Shown piece by piece: positions 1 through 12,989 of a DNA stretch of 64,000 bases (its first letter is position 1; every line of letters begins with the position of its first letter). The stretch comes from Macrostomum lignano (lineage: Eukaryota), in contig NIVC01000873.1 in the NCBI GenBank assembly GCA_002269645.1, forward strand, positions 1-64,000. The letters are read 5' to 3'. A program made the translations under genes and the position numbers. The notes beneath the pieces are model-generated. The model had not been told where the DNA came from and made no database searches. It saw nothing but the letters and a program-made list of their open reading frames with translations.

Positions 1-432
1 ATTGTTTTCTTACTAATTAAAAGGAGCTAGAAGATTGCGTGACCAGCGCCATGCAGGGAGATGGTGAATGAGACCGGTCACTTCCGCTCCACTCAGCATC
101 CTCTCCCATTATTGACTCCCTCTCGTGCACTAGGAGAGCACAATCGATCGAGTTGGGAGCTGTCCCCAAAACCAGACCGCCTTTCTTCGCTTGGCTGTGC
201 CTCAGCCATGCAGCCTATCCCCAGTGCTTACTATATAACTAATCTTTCCCACTATGTCCATATTCGTCTCGGGAATTAAGTTTCAGCGAGTTATGCGAGA
301 GGGAGAAAAATTGGGACAAGCCACTTCGGAAGCTGGGTAGAGGCTTAAGTCTGAAGTCCGGCATCAACAGCGGCGATGAGATGGCCTGAGAGTCGACACA
401 GGCTTTTTTAAATCTCTACAAGACTTAATATA

Positions 433-1469
433 CGAGGGGTGTCCCAAAAGTTCCCGGAATGTCTAACGTAGCTCTTCAACGGAGCCATGATGTTTCACGC
501 CCTTGGTGTCAAATGAAAGGAAGTTTTGTCACGAAGAAAATTGAAGTTAAAAGCATGTTGATATCTGTTTTTATTCAGGAGCTGCAGCAAGAAACGTGCG
601 CAAAGGTCAGGGGTACTGTTACACAACCTCACATATCACTGAAAATAATTTTTCATCTTCGTTTTTGGATATTTTCATTTTGAATTCGTGCTACTAACGT
701 CTCAGAAAGACGTGGTAGTGTCTATGGAAAAAAGCAGAAATGCTCATTAAGCTAATCTGAGCTTTTGCGCGAGTGCAGATAATTCTTACCAAGTGCTTGC
801 TTTCAACTTGAAATCTCTTTGCCAAATTGGGTTCTCTTCAGAGCCTCGAAAGTCAGCGAAGTCAAGTTTTTGTCCTTTGGTCAGTAGGATGGAGTGGAGC
901 CAAGATTTCTGACCACTTATTCTCCATCCATGGTAAGAAAAGCCTGAAAAACTGCCATTTACGAATGGATCGAACGCTTTAGAGACGTCCAGAAAATTCG
1001 TAGCCGGTGTTCCAGAACCGCAGTGAACTTGAAGGCTTCACTCGTCGCGTCATCCTGCATCATGAAATGCCTCGAACTGTTTTTGCCCAGGCCATCGACG
1101 GCATGCTTTCAAAGTGGCAGAGGTGTATTCAGCTGAATGGGGACTACGTGGAGAAGCCGCAGGCTGAGCTTGACGATTCGCTTTGAATTTTGAATCGGTG
1201 CATGTCCCAAGGATTCATCAACGGTATGAACTGTTCTGTGTTTTATTGTTTAAAATCATTGCCATAGATTTTTGAGGTTGTGTAACACTACCCCTGACCT
1301 TTGCGCACGTTTCTTGCTGCAGCTCCTGAATAAAAACAGATATCAACATGCTTTTAACTTCATTTTCTTCGTGACAAAACTTCCTTTCATTTGACACCAA
1401 GGGCGTGAAACATCATGGCTCCGTTGAAGAGCTACGTTAGACATTCCGGGAACTTTTGGGACACCCTCG
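433..1469 (+). mobile_element. Non-autonomous, internally deleted Tc1/mariner-family DNA transposon with ~200-bp terminal inverted repeats
   Basis: 433-631 is the reverse complement of 1273-1469 (about 3 differences seen). TA flanks both ends (431-432, 1470-1471) and the ends read TA|CGAGGG. The interior encodes a mariner N-terminal HTH (QRSQVFVLWSVGWSGAKISDHLFSIHGKKSL, frameshift, KTAIYEWIERFRD, ~854-990) joined almost directly to a mariner C-terminus (FAQAIDGMLSKWQRCIQLNGDYVEK..., stop 1184-1186). The DD(n)D core is absent. Confidence 0.9.
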
Positions 1470-2149
1470 TAAAATGGTACGCGAAACTTGGAAGTCGAGA
1501 TAAACCCTATTCGATTGCGCGCTGGTATAAACGCGCACAGTGGTATAAGCGCGTATTCTGTTATAAGCGCGCCTTGCAGTTGTGCGCAGATTATTAACGA
1601 AAAGTAGCAGAAAAGCGCGCAGACATGAAAGTCAGTGCGCAAATTTTAAAACTGCTCGTATTGCAATATTTTCCCAACCCATACTTTCTGGTAAGGTCGT
1701 TATTTCCATCTCTATTCCCTATCTTTTCCTTCCCTCTCGTTATCGACTTCAGAAGGCGCTGTAGAAAGTAGAAAGTACCTAACGCTAAGGACCGTCAACC
1801 TCCTTTTTCCTCTTCATCAAGTCCTGCCCAGTTCACGGCTACACGCTCCTCAATTCCAAAACTCTCCCCCCTGTTTCCCCTACCATCGCCTACGCATTCA
1901 ATGAACAACCCCCCTCCTCTCCAAAATTCTGCCGGTCGCCACTCTAGTTGGGAAACACGGCATGAAGAGCTGGCTACAGACAGGGGCGATAGCATGAAGG
2001 CGCGCGGCGATCTCACTGTGAGCATAGCACACTCTTATTCAACAGTCAAAGCAGTTTTAACAACTTTGACGGGCTGCTTGACTTGAGAGGCTTGAGGAAA
2101 AATAACTGATATTTGGAGAGCTAAAGTGGATTAGGTGATGGGTTTCCTA

Positions 2150-2455
2150 ACATGTGCGAGTCCTCCCGTGAGTCTCTGCCTCCCCCCCCTCCATGAAGCC
2201 TTCAGTGAGTCTCTGCCACCCACCCCTCCATGACAGGCTTCAGTGAATCTCTGCCACCCCTCCATGACAGCCTTCAGTGAGTCTCTGCCACCCACCCCTC
2301 CATGGCAGCCTTCAGCGAGTGTCTGCCACCCACCCTCTCCATGACAGCCTTCAGTGAGTCTCTGCCACCCCTCCATGACAGCCTTCAGTGAGTCTCCGCC
2401 ACCCACTCCCTCCATGACAGCCTTCAGTGAGTCTCTGCCACCCTCAATGACAGCC
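2150..2455. repeat. 34-38 bp minisatellite (TCCATGACAGCCTTCAGTGAGTCTCTGCCACCCACCCC-like), in RPIA intron 2
   Basis: About 8 tandem units visible, with variable C-run length. Confidence 0.9.
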
Positions 2456-2534
2456 TTTAGAAGAGCCCATTAACCCTAACACATTCTGTAAGTCAGTTTT
2501 ACAAATTAATCATAAAATATAAATTAGTTCTTAC

Positions 2535-2776
2535 AGATTCTGTCGATCACATGCACCATTGTTCTGCCAGAGCCGATGCCAATAGTTTGACAATTCTAAA
2601 AAATTTTTCCAAATGTAAAAATGCCACAAATTAAAGTATACACTATACAATAACTAAATATTTCAAATGGAAAGGTGACTCACTTGCAAGTGTTCATCAA
2701 CAGCAGCATAGGCTGCCTGCTTCCTTGCAACATCCTTTTTGTAATCTACACTGTTGTGACGATTTGTGGAATTCAT
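2535..2776 (-). CDS. RPIA: Ribose-5-phosphate isomerase A, first two coding exons (partial)
   Basis: Exon 1 2776-2684 (MNSTNRHNSVDYKKDVARKQAAYAAVDEHLQ|GTGAGT). 88-bp intron. Exon 2 2595-2535 (TTTAG|NCQTIGIGSGRTMVHVIDRI|GTAAG). Matches the RpiA N-terminus (AKxxAxxAAVxxHV...IGIGSGSTIVH). Further exons were not found in 1-2534. Confidence 0.8.
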
Positions 2777-4620
2777 TGTTCTTGTTTTTAGATTGTTTAA
2801 TATTCAATGATTCATTAAAATATCTGCAATTTTTGTTTGGATGCAGCTGTTAATTGAATATACAACTATGAACATAATTAATTTATTTCAACCTAGGCCC
2901 CTATAACAAATATAAAAATTCATGCTATTCATAAATCTTTTAAAATAAAATAAAATGATCAATTTTAGGCTAATGATGATATTTGCAGATTTGAATAGGC
3001 TAAATGCAACTAAAATGCCTATTTTGAATTATAGAAATCAATCAAAATTATGATTTGCCTATTGTCTATGCTCATTAAGGCTAATTGTCAAAGCAAAATA
3101 TTTTTATGTTTTTATATACTAGCAAACTGAAATATCTTCTGTGACACTTATAGACTTAGACTATAATGATATATGCAACCTCTAAATGTCCTTTGAACAT
3201 GCAAAACTAGTCCAAGAAAAATAGAACTGTTATGTGTACTATATAGCAGCAGATGCTAAACTCCTAGCATATACCACTAGGCCTATCAATTATCAAAGCT
3301 ATTATATTATATATACATAGTTGCATTGAAATATGACAATATTTTTTTTGAGGTGAGTATCTTATAATAATATTAAAATGCACATAGTATCTTATTACTA
3401 TTATATACAAAGAAATAATTTGATTTAAGTTAATATAAGCCTAATATAAACATTTTGATAAATATAATACTAAACAAATATTTTTTTGTAATTATACAAT
3501 ATCACTTTATTAAACCTCCTTACTTTGTGCAATCAATTTTTTATCAACTCCCTTGGCCACCTCCAAGTCTATTAAGGCATTGATATATATGCTAAAGGTG
3601 TGATCTGACCCTCCTATATATAGCATGCAATGCTGTAAATTCTCACATATATGGTATACACTTAGGACTATAGGACAAGGCTAGATTTCCTACTATAAAT
3701 AATAAGCAATTGGCTAAATTTTATAATTATATTCAAGTAAAAGCCACAATATACTGTAAGGCCAATTTCATGGCCTACTTTTTTTCAAAGGGAGCAATAT
3801 GACTTTATCTCTAGTATAAATTAACATTGCTCTGCCACCTATCATTATGACATTATAGTAAATATATTAGGCCTATAGTAAAGAAGAATATATTTTATCA
3901 TCATAGTTGCCATATAAATTCATGAGCATCATGGCATAGCCATATAGGCCTAGGCATAGTCATACTTATACATAGTGATACTCAAATAAGAACAATATAG
4001 GCCCCTACAATGATTATATTAGATCAGGGCCTACTATTAGATCAATCATTACATTTACAAAATGATTTCACAATATATAAAACTTCTAAAAACTAACTTT
4101 ATTTTGTGCAGGCCTATATTATAAGTGAAATTATATACAATTATAGTCATAGATTAGGTTTCAAAGTGTGTTAGGCCCTGCTATAATTTAACTTTAGTTT
4201 TTTGGTACAAAATACAAACATGCATAGAAAATAGAGCAAGAATGAGGAATAGTGAGGTATCACCTCCTATAAATAAGTTTGAATGATTCAATTGATACTT
4301 GTCTACTATCTTGATTCTCCAGACTTAAGTGTTGTACTGTACTAGTGCTAATTATATCCCTTTATAATAGTATTCTTGAATATTCTTTCCATGTAATATC
4401 TGTATAATCGAATAATATTGTAGCCTTTCTTAGAAATCACCTGTATAACTTTTGCTGACACATTTTCAGACAGATCTTCCGACACTTTTTATGACACTTA
4501 AAATGTTGCAAAAAGTGTCTGAAAAGTGTCGTATGGTTAACTTCTACCAACATATCTTCCGACACTTAAAATGTTGCTTCTTAGAGCTAGGTGATGTGTA
4601 TATATAGCTCGTACTATTCA

Positions 4621-5210
4621 TGTAAGCTTATATGTATGTTTGTTAAGTACGCACTACTTAGAAGCCTGCAGTGCACATTTTAATTGTGTTGCGCGTTTTT
4701 GTTATAAATGTATCGGGAAATCAGGGGTATATATAAGAGCAATTTTGCAGCAAATAAACTCTAACTGGCTTTTACCTATGAGCAAATATTGCAAACAAAA
4801 TAAGCAGTTCAATCTATACATTTCAAAGTCTTTCAAGTTAAATAGCAACTTATTCATTTACAAAAGCTGAGAGCAGTACCAAGAAACTTGCTAAGAGAAG
4901 GGAATCGGGGAATAATTCACAGAAGTGTAGGCCTATTACGAGAGGCGTCGTGACCCTCTAGTCTCATCTCAGTAAATGCCCGATCAGGACTATCTACTAA
5001 TTCATGTACCAGTACTAGACCGCTCAGGCGATAAGCTACCAGAACGCTACTAAGAATGCTACCCAGAAATATTTACATGGAATTCTAAGAAACAAGTAGA
5101 AATTGAAAAGAGAGAAATAAAAAACCCTGTTACAACTTGGTGGCAATTAGTGGGATAGTTGGAGGACAGAAATAAGCCCTACGACAACTTTGGTGGCAGC
5201 TCGTAGGATA
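4621..5210 (+). mobile_element. Possible LTR-retrotransposon relic: LTR-like segment followed by two primer-binding-site-like motifs
   Basis: TGTAA at 4621, TATA-like GGGTATATATAAG ~4727, AATAAA at 5116 and ...CTGTTACA at 5134. Then TGGTGGCAATTAGTGGGAT (5138) and a second AATAA..ACA-TGGTGGCAGCTCGTAGGAT (5191), resembling a tRNA-Leu PBS (TGGTGGCAGCGGTGGGAT). No gag/pol seen. Confidence 0.35.
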
Positions 5211-6710
5211 TTCAATAAACACTAGCATCAATATAGTTATGAGTTTAGAAAGACAGAGCCGAAAGGCCTGTCACAGTACATTAAACATTTATAATTATAT
5301 ACAATATTATATTATTTATCAATATCATACACATCAAAAAGAAAAGGTACAATGATTCTAAATCTGAATTTGAACTTATATGCACAAAACAGACTTTTTA
5401 ATGGTTTGAACAGTAGGCCTACCCTAATACAAACAAGTACACTTCTGACCATTCGTTTTTGAATGTTTGACTGTTTTTGATTGACTTTGAACACAAAATA
5501 TAGTTCGTTTCTAGGAATTTATTTTTCAAACTTTACCAAAATTAGGGTGCCTGTTTGTTTTTTAAAAACCCGCAACTTTTTTATAGCCATAACGCCGCAT
5601 CAAATTTTGTGTGGTCTATTAAATTACAAACTTTAATTTTATAAATGTTGTTTTAAAGCTGTTTAATACTCTCAAACAGTGAAGGGAAAAGATTAGCTCT
5701 TTCCTACCGGACTCTACTATTTCTACTGTGTGGCGGCCAGACTGGTGAGCGGGACCCGCCTGTACACAGGCCCCTGCACGCCTGGCTGCTGGGGAGTTTT
5801 GCCCAGCCAGCCAGTTCGATCTGACTCACACCTCCCGTTAAAGTATAAATGACTATGCTTAAACAAATATACGCAAGAGCTTTTTGCTCGCTTGCCACTT
5901 TTAAAGCTACCACTCGCAAGCCGCTTTAACCGGATATTTTAAACGAGAGCTAAAATCTTTCATTCCTTTGACTGCGTGTGTATAGAAATGAAAACCTACA
6001 TTCCCACAAGAAGAATAGGCATTTAATATGCAGTTAAAAACGAAAAGTTTTGATCTGGTAATTTTTCCTAAGACTTACTATAAGCATTGAGGGGAGGGGC
6101 AATGCAGAAAAAATCTGCCGCGTGGCAAAATGCGCTACAGGACAAAACATAGCGGGCAAACCAGCTCCTTCGGCGGGCAAATCGCTCGCTGGCAATTCAC
6201 TCGCGGGCAAAATGCACTTCGGGGAAATCTCAGCGGGAGTATAGCTCGGCGGGCAATTCGTCTACTGGCAATTCTCATGGACCCTTGGTTCTTGCCGGTT
6301 CTGGCAGGTGGCTATAGCCGATTTGCTGCATGGAACGTGACACCCTTTGCTCTCTCTCTCTCTCGCCCATTGTTTTCGACCCGCGGCCGATTGGCCAGTC
6401 AGTCCCTCCTATCGATCCTTTAAATTCTCTCTCCTCCGCACCGCGCTGATTGGCTGCATGGCCACTCATCCTCAACTCTCTCCCTCCTTTCTCTTTTTAG
6501 TGTTAAATTTTGCCGTCTGGCTAACCTCCTCCCCTAACCTTGGCTCGTTCGGCGACACCTCGTCGTGTGATACTGGTATTTGCTCTGAAACTGTGTGCTG
6601 TTTCTGTGCCGCCGTTTCACTGCGAAGACTCGATCGATTCATTGCGAAGATTTTATTCGGAAAATCAACAATCGAACGGCAAAATAGCTATAGCCCAGTA
6701 AATCTAGTAT

Positions 6711-7010
6711 AGGCTCTACAGCTCGATCTGTGCGTCCTCTGTGAGGCCTCTGGACCCAGGCTCTACTCTGTGCGTCTTCTGTAAGGCCTCTGGACCCAGG
6801 CTCTACTCTGTGCGTCTTCTGTAAGGCCTCTGGACCCAGGCTCTACTCTGTGCGTCTTCTGTAAGGCCTCTGGACCCAGGCTCTACTCTGTGCGTCTTCT
6901 GTAAGGCCTCTGGACCCAGGCTCTACTATACCCTGTGCGTCCTGTGACGCCACTGGACCCCGGCTCTACTCTGTGCGTCCTGTGACGCCACTGGACCTAG
7001 GCTCTACTCT
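6711..7010. repeat. 40-bp minisatellite (CTCTACTCTGTGCGTCTTCTGTAAGGCCTCTGGACCCAGG), ~7 units
   Basis: Direct inspection. Confidence 0.92.
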
Positions 7011-8090
7011 ATGAGCGAAATTATTGTCAGTGTGTACCAACGTCTTACATGTTTTTTTTATATATACATGTATCCCCAGAGCGTCCCAACGTCTGATACT
7101 GTACGAGTCGTACATACAAATTTTGTTTCGTAGTTATTCATTTTGGGAACCCGAACTGACCCTTGTCTTTACATTACAATCAAAAGCAATGGATAGAATA
7201 TTTTTAACGAAACGATTACATCTATTTACCACAGACTACTTACAGTAGAAGGACGAGAAGGTACAATTAGTTTCGTAGAAATATTTTTACAATCGAATTT
7301 TCCAGAGAAATATAACTCCTAGTGATCATTGCCATGGTTGCGGTTGATCTGGGCATGTCTGAGAAATTGCTTGTTTCGGCCAAATTGCATAAATAGTAAT
7401 TAAATCTGTTTAATAACTTTTGCTGTAACATTCTGTATAGCTGAAATTGGACTAATGTCGACTAGCTTGCTATCTGCAAAAATAATCTACAAAAATATTG
7501 TGGCCTTAATTTTTGTTCCTGTCGAAATGACTTGCTTGTGAAGTTGGCATTGAGTAGCGAGCGACAACTGTGCAACAGTTATAAATGCGTGGCCGAACAG
7601 ATTCTTCATCCAAGAAAAATCCGACCTCATCATCGCAGAATCTTGTCGTTATTAGATTTATTTGCGGCTGTGCCTGTGCAGCGTTTTGTTATTCGGTTCG
7701 GTCACTAGGAAAAATTTCATCATTCTAATCGTGTTGGCTAATCTGTGCTTCAAGTTTTCTGTCTTGGATCATGTTCAGTCGGATTCTTTCCGTTGTCTGT
7801 CCCCCGGTCACTGTCGCCTTGGTTCCAAGCATATCGCATGCCAGATGATATTGAAAATTAGAATTTGGTCTTGTGGAGGATCGAGTGGCTCTCCTGAACC
7901 TACACGTGCAGTGACCGCATGGCAAACGGACGATGCGAGCCGGCTGATCGAGAAGAGCCAGAGAAGTCAGTTCGACTGCAGATTTCTAAAATAAATTTCT
8001 ACCTCGTAAAGAAATTTCATGTTGAGAATATTTTGTTTCTTGCGTTGAAAATTTGATAAAATTGAACATACTTTGTAGATGTGAATGTAG

Positions 8091-9657
8091 TTTTAGTCAC
8101 GGTGAATACTGTTTTAGTCACGGTGAACACTGTTCTAGTCACGGTGAATAGCGCTATAGTCACGGTGAATACTATTCTATTCACGGTAAATACTATTCTA
8201 GTCACGGTAAATACTGTTCTAGTCACGGTGAATAGCGCTATAGTCACGGTGAATACTATTCTATTCACGGTAAATACTATTCTAGTCACGGTAAATACTG
8301 TTCTAGTCACTTTGAATACTGTTCTAGTCACTTTGAATACTGTTCTAGTCACTTTGAATACTGTTCTAGTCACTTTGAATACTGTTCTAGTCACTTTGAA
8401 TACTGTTCTAGTCACTTTGAATACTGTTCTAGTCACTTTGAATACTGTTCTAGTCACTTTGAATACTGTTATAGTCACTTTGAATACTGTTCTAGTCACT
8501 TTGAATACTGTTCTAGTCACGGTGAATACTGTTCTAGTCACGGTGAATATTGTTCTAGTCACGGTGAATAGCGCTATAGTCACGGTGAATACTATTCTAT
8601 TCACGGTAAATACTATTCTAGTCACGGTAAATACTGTTCTAGTCACTTTGAATACTGTTCTAGTCACTTTGAATACTGTTCTAGTCACTTTGAATACTGT
8701 TCTAGTCACTTTGAATACTGTTCTAGTCACTTTGAATACTGTTCTAGTCACTTTGAATACTGTTCTAGTCACTTTGAATACTGTTCTAGTCACTTTGAAT
8801 ACTGTTCTAGTCACTTTGAATACTGTTCTAGTCACGGTGAATACTGTTCTAGTCACGGTGAATATTGTTCTAGTCACGGTGAATAGCGCTATAGTCACGG
8901 TGAATACTATTCTATTCACGGTAAATACTGTTCTAGTCACGGTGAATACTGTTCTAGTCACGGTGAATACTGTTCTAGTCACGGTGAATATTGTTCTAGT
9001 CACGGTGAATACTGTTCTAGTCACGGTGAATACTGTTCTAGTCACGGTGAATACTGTTCTAGTCACGGTGAATATTGTTCTAGTCACGGTGAATAGCGCT
9101 ATAGTCACGGTGAATACTATTCTATTCACGGTAAATACTGTTCTAGTCACGGTGAATACTGTTCTAGTCACGGTGAATACTGTTCTAGTCACGGTGAATA
9201 TTGTTCTAGTCACGGTGAATACTGTTCTAGTCACGGTGAATACTGTTCTAGTCACGGTGAATGCTGTTCTAGTCACCGTGAACACCACTTTATCACGGTG
9301 AATACTGTTCTAGTCACGGTGAACACTGTTCTAGTCACGGTGAACACTGTTCTAGTCACGGTGAACACTGTTCTAGTCACGGTGAATACTGTTCTAGTCA
9401 CGGTGAACACTGTTCTAGTCACGGTGAACACTGTTCTAGTCACGGTGAACACCACTCTATCAACGGTGAATACTGTTCTAGTCACGGTGAACACTGTTCT
9501 AGTCACGGTGAACACCACTCTATCAACGGTGAACACTGTTCTAGTCACGGTGAACACTGTTCTAGTCACGGTGAATACTGTTCTAGTCACGGTGAACACT
9601 GTTCTAGTCACGGTGAACACTGTTCTAGTCACGGTGAACACCACTCTATCACGGTGA
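8091..9657. repeat. 21-bp minisatellite (GTCACGGTGAATACTGTTCTA), ~75 units with higher-order variant blocks
   Basis: The stop-free 7-codon unit explains the paired +/- ORFs 8017-9657. Confidence 0.97.
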
Positions 9658-10465
9658 AGCTGTTAACCGCTGCAGTTACCCGTATCCGAAAACCATACGG
9701 TTGATAATTTGCAAGTATTTCGCCAGAAGAACGGCCCATAAAATGAATGTCATTCGAATTCAATAATAAATTCTCAACTTGCTGTTAGGTTATTCAATAA
9801 AACTGCCGCAAGAAACTGGGGCAGGCAGGCGCTGGCAGTGCCACCCTATCGCATGCCTCATTCAACTTACTTTGGACACCAACTGCACTCACCGAACCAG
9901 CTGCAAGAGTTCCAGGCTTTCTGCTTTGCCCCTGTAGCAACTGGGCTAGCGAAATGGCGCAGTCAACTTCCAAGGAATTTCTGGTCGTGTAATTGGGTAT
10001 TCCGAACTCCCATCTCTCTCTCTCTCTCTCTCTCACCTCTCTTTCATGCAGTTGTTAGAATTGGCAATTGCAACCACTCACTCCGGATGCCATTTTCCCA
10101 GTTCCCGCCTACCTGGATCAGCTGTCAGCAACAAATTATCTTTCGCACTTAATGGGGAGATGGCAGCTATGAGGCTTTTTTTCAGGGAAAATAATTCTTT
10201 AAGTCTGGGTGGGACTTCTTAAACTAGAAGAAGTTTTTAGTTACAACAATTTGCTAACAAAGATCTGCAGTTTCTGCTTTGTGTCAAGGTCCAGTTGTGT
10301 ATACGTTGCTAGTCTTTGTTTTGATCGGAAAAGATGAAAAGATTTTTTCAATAGGATAAAGAAGCAATCTGAGGAGCCAGTCATAGTTTGTTTTGCGCAG
10401 ATTTTTAATTAGCTTTTCTGAAACTTGGTTTAGGATTGGCATGCACTTGCTAAGATAGATGGGTA

Positions 10466-11014
10466 GAGGTGGGTAGAATGGGAGACAGCGCACCCATAGA
10501 CATTGGGACAGATTGGGTAGTTCAGTGGGTAGAATGGGAGACAGCGCACCCATAGACATTGGGACAGATTGGGTAGTGCAGTGGGTAGAATGGGAGACAG
10601 CGCACCCATAGACATTGGGACAGATTGGGTAGTGCAGTGAGTAGAATGGGAGACAACGCACCCATAGACATTGGGACAGATTGGGTAGTTCAGTGGGTAG
10701 AATGGGAGACAGCGCACCCATAGACATTGGGACAGATTGGGTAGTGCAGTGAGTAGAATGGGAGACAGCGCACCCATAGACATTGGGACAGTTTGGGTAG
10801 TTCAGTGGGTAGAATGGGAGACAGCGCACCCATAGACATTGGGACAGATTGGGTAGTGCAGTGAGTAGAATGGGAGACAGCGCACCCATAGACATTGGGA
10901 CAGATTGGGTAGTGCAGTGGGTAGAATGGGAGACAGCGCACCCATAGACATTGGGACAGATTGGGTAGTGCAGTGAGTAGAATGGGAGACAGCGCACCCA
11001 TAGACATTGGGACA
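10466..11014. repeat. 56-bp minisatellite (CATTGGGACAGATTGGGTAGTGCAGTGGGTAGAATGGGAGACAGCGCACCCATAGA), ~10 units
   Basis: Direct inspection; explains ORFs 10284-11055. Confidence 0.95.
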
Positions 11015-11169
11015 GAAGAAGAAGAACCATGCTTGGAATTCAAAGTGTCAATCAAGCAGGGCGGTCAATGGCCAGTAAAGGAAAATTAGGGCGAGTCCCA
11101 GACACGCAACAAGCTTAGCACTCTCTCACGCCTATTTTAACTCTTCAAAAAGCCCCGACCTCTCAGAGT

Positions 11170-11712
11170 TTTCGACAGTTTCCCATAGCCGCTTTGGGTT
11201 CCTTGATGATTTGGTGGTTACAGCCGGCGCAGGGTCGCCCCCACCAGGGCTGACTAACCACCCAAATTCCCTGTGACAAGGCCAAGCCAGTTGTCGCTAC
11301 AGGCCCCGGCCAGGGCGACAGGGGAGACACACGATGAGGCCCCTCGGGCTGGGGCTGGGATACATTTGACAGGAGACAAGGCGACACGGGACCCCCTTAA
11401 CCCCTGAGCGGTGCTAAGTACCCGTGTCAACACTGCCAAGTCCCACTGGGAACCATCGAGCATTCTTCATCATTAACTGGAGCTTCTGGCCTGCGACCTC
11501 TCCGTCACCCCCAGTCTCTTCGTCCCTCTGCGCCTCCCCCTTGTCTCTTAGCTCGACCGCCCTCCACAGTTCCGCTTGTTCGGCGTGTCGCCCAACTTCC
11601 AAGCCCTGATCCCCAAAGCAGAGAGTCTGTCGTGCTTTTTAACGCATCAACAACAGGCTCTGCATCGCCGGGTTGATGCCTAGCATAACAAGGTTGATGG
11701 CTAGCGTGCCCT
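11170..11712 (+). mobile_element. Possible degenerate reverse-transcriptase relic (DIRS/tyrosine-recombinase retrotransposon-like)
   Basis: HSRFGFLDDLVVTA (FLDD at 11199-11210). In another frame VNTAKSHWEPS...LELLACDLSV...RLFGVSPNFQALIPKAESL from 11426, resembling the DIRS RT xN.EKS.L.P..LEFLG region. Stops and frameshifts present, and motif spacing is longer than expected. Confidence 0.35.
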
Positions 11713-12538
<826 letters not shown>

Positions 12539-12989
12539 CACGCAAAAGTACACGCAACGCTCCGGCAATTGAAATCCGTAGTTCATCCCATGGTCAGCCT
12601 CCCTTGCCTTCCATCCGCAAATTTTGACACGCTGACCGGCCTGTCAGCGCAGTTTACAAACTTCATCGGCCGTCAGCCCGGCTGTCTCAGACTCAGCCAG
12701 TGCATTCAGGCCCGCCAGATCCGCTATCAGCAGTCGGTTACTTTGCTGCACCGGCATGGCGCTGGGAAATCGCTGCTTTCAATCTCATTCAGCTGACGCG
12801 TTTCAAGTGAATGAAAAGTTTATAGAGGCCGCGATCCTCAGCCAGTGCTTGTCTATAAGATTATAGACTCCTTTCAGAAAGATTCGTTATTGTGATGCCT
12901 TGGCAACAAGAAATTGAATTTTTTGTTTTAATGACATAAGGAGTTGAAAAGAGGGAAAATAAATGTATTTGAATAGAGGATTAAAATTA

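Noticed and set aside
4455-4575. Short nested inverted repeats (TTTTCAGACA/TGTCTGAAAA, GACACTTTTT/AAAAAGTGTC)
   Set aside because: Too short and with no clear TSD to call a MITE or structured RNA.
7725-7975. Minus-strand frame with LPCGHCTC (RING-like)
   Set aside because: Lacks the remaining Cys/His ligands and has no convincing exon boundaries.
8017-9657. 400-aa ORFs on both strands (VTRTVF / VTVNTVL repeats)
   Set aside because: Translation of a stop-free 21-bp minisatellite; no splice or start context and no unique domain.
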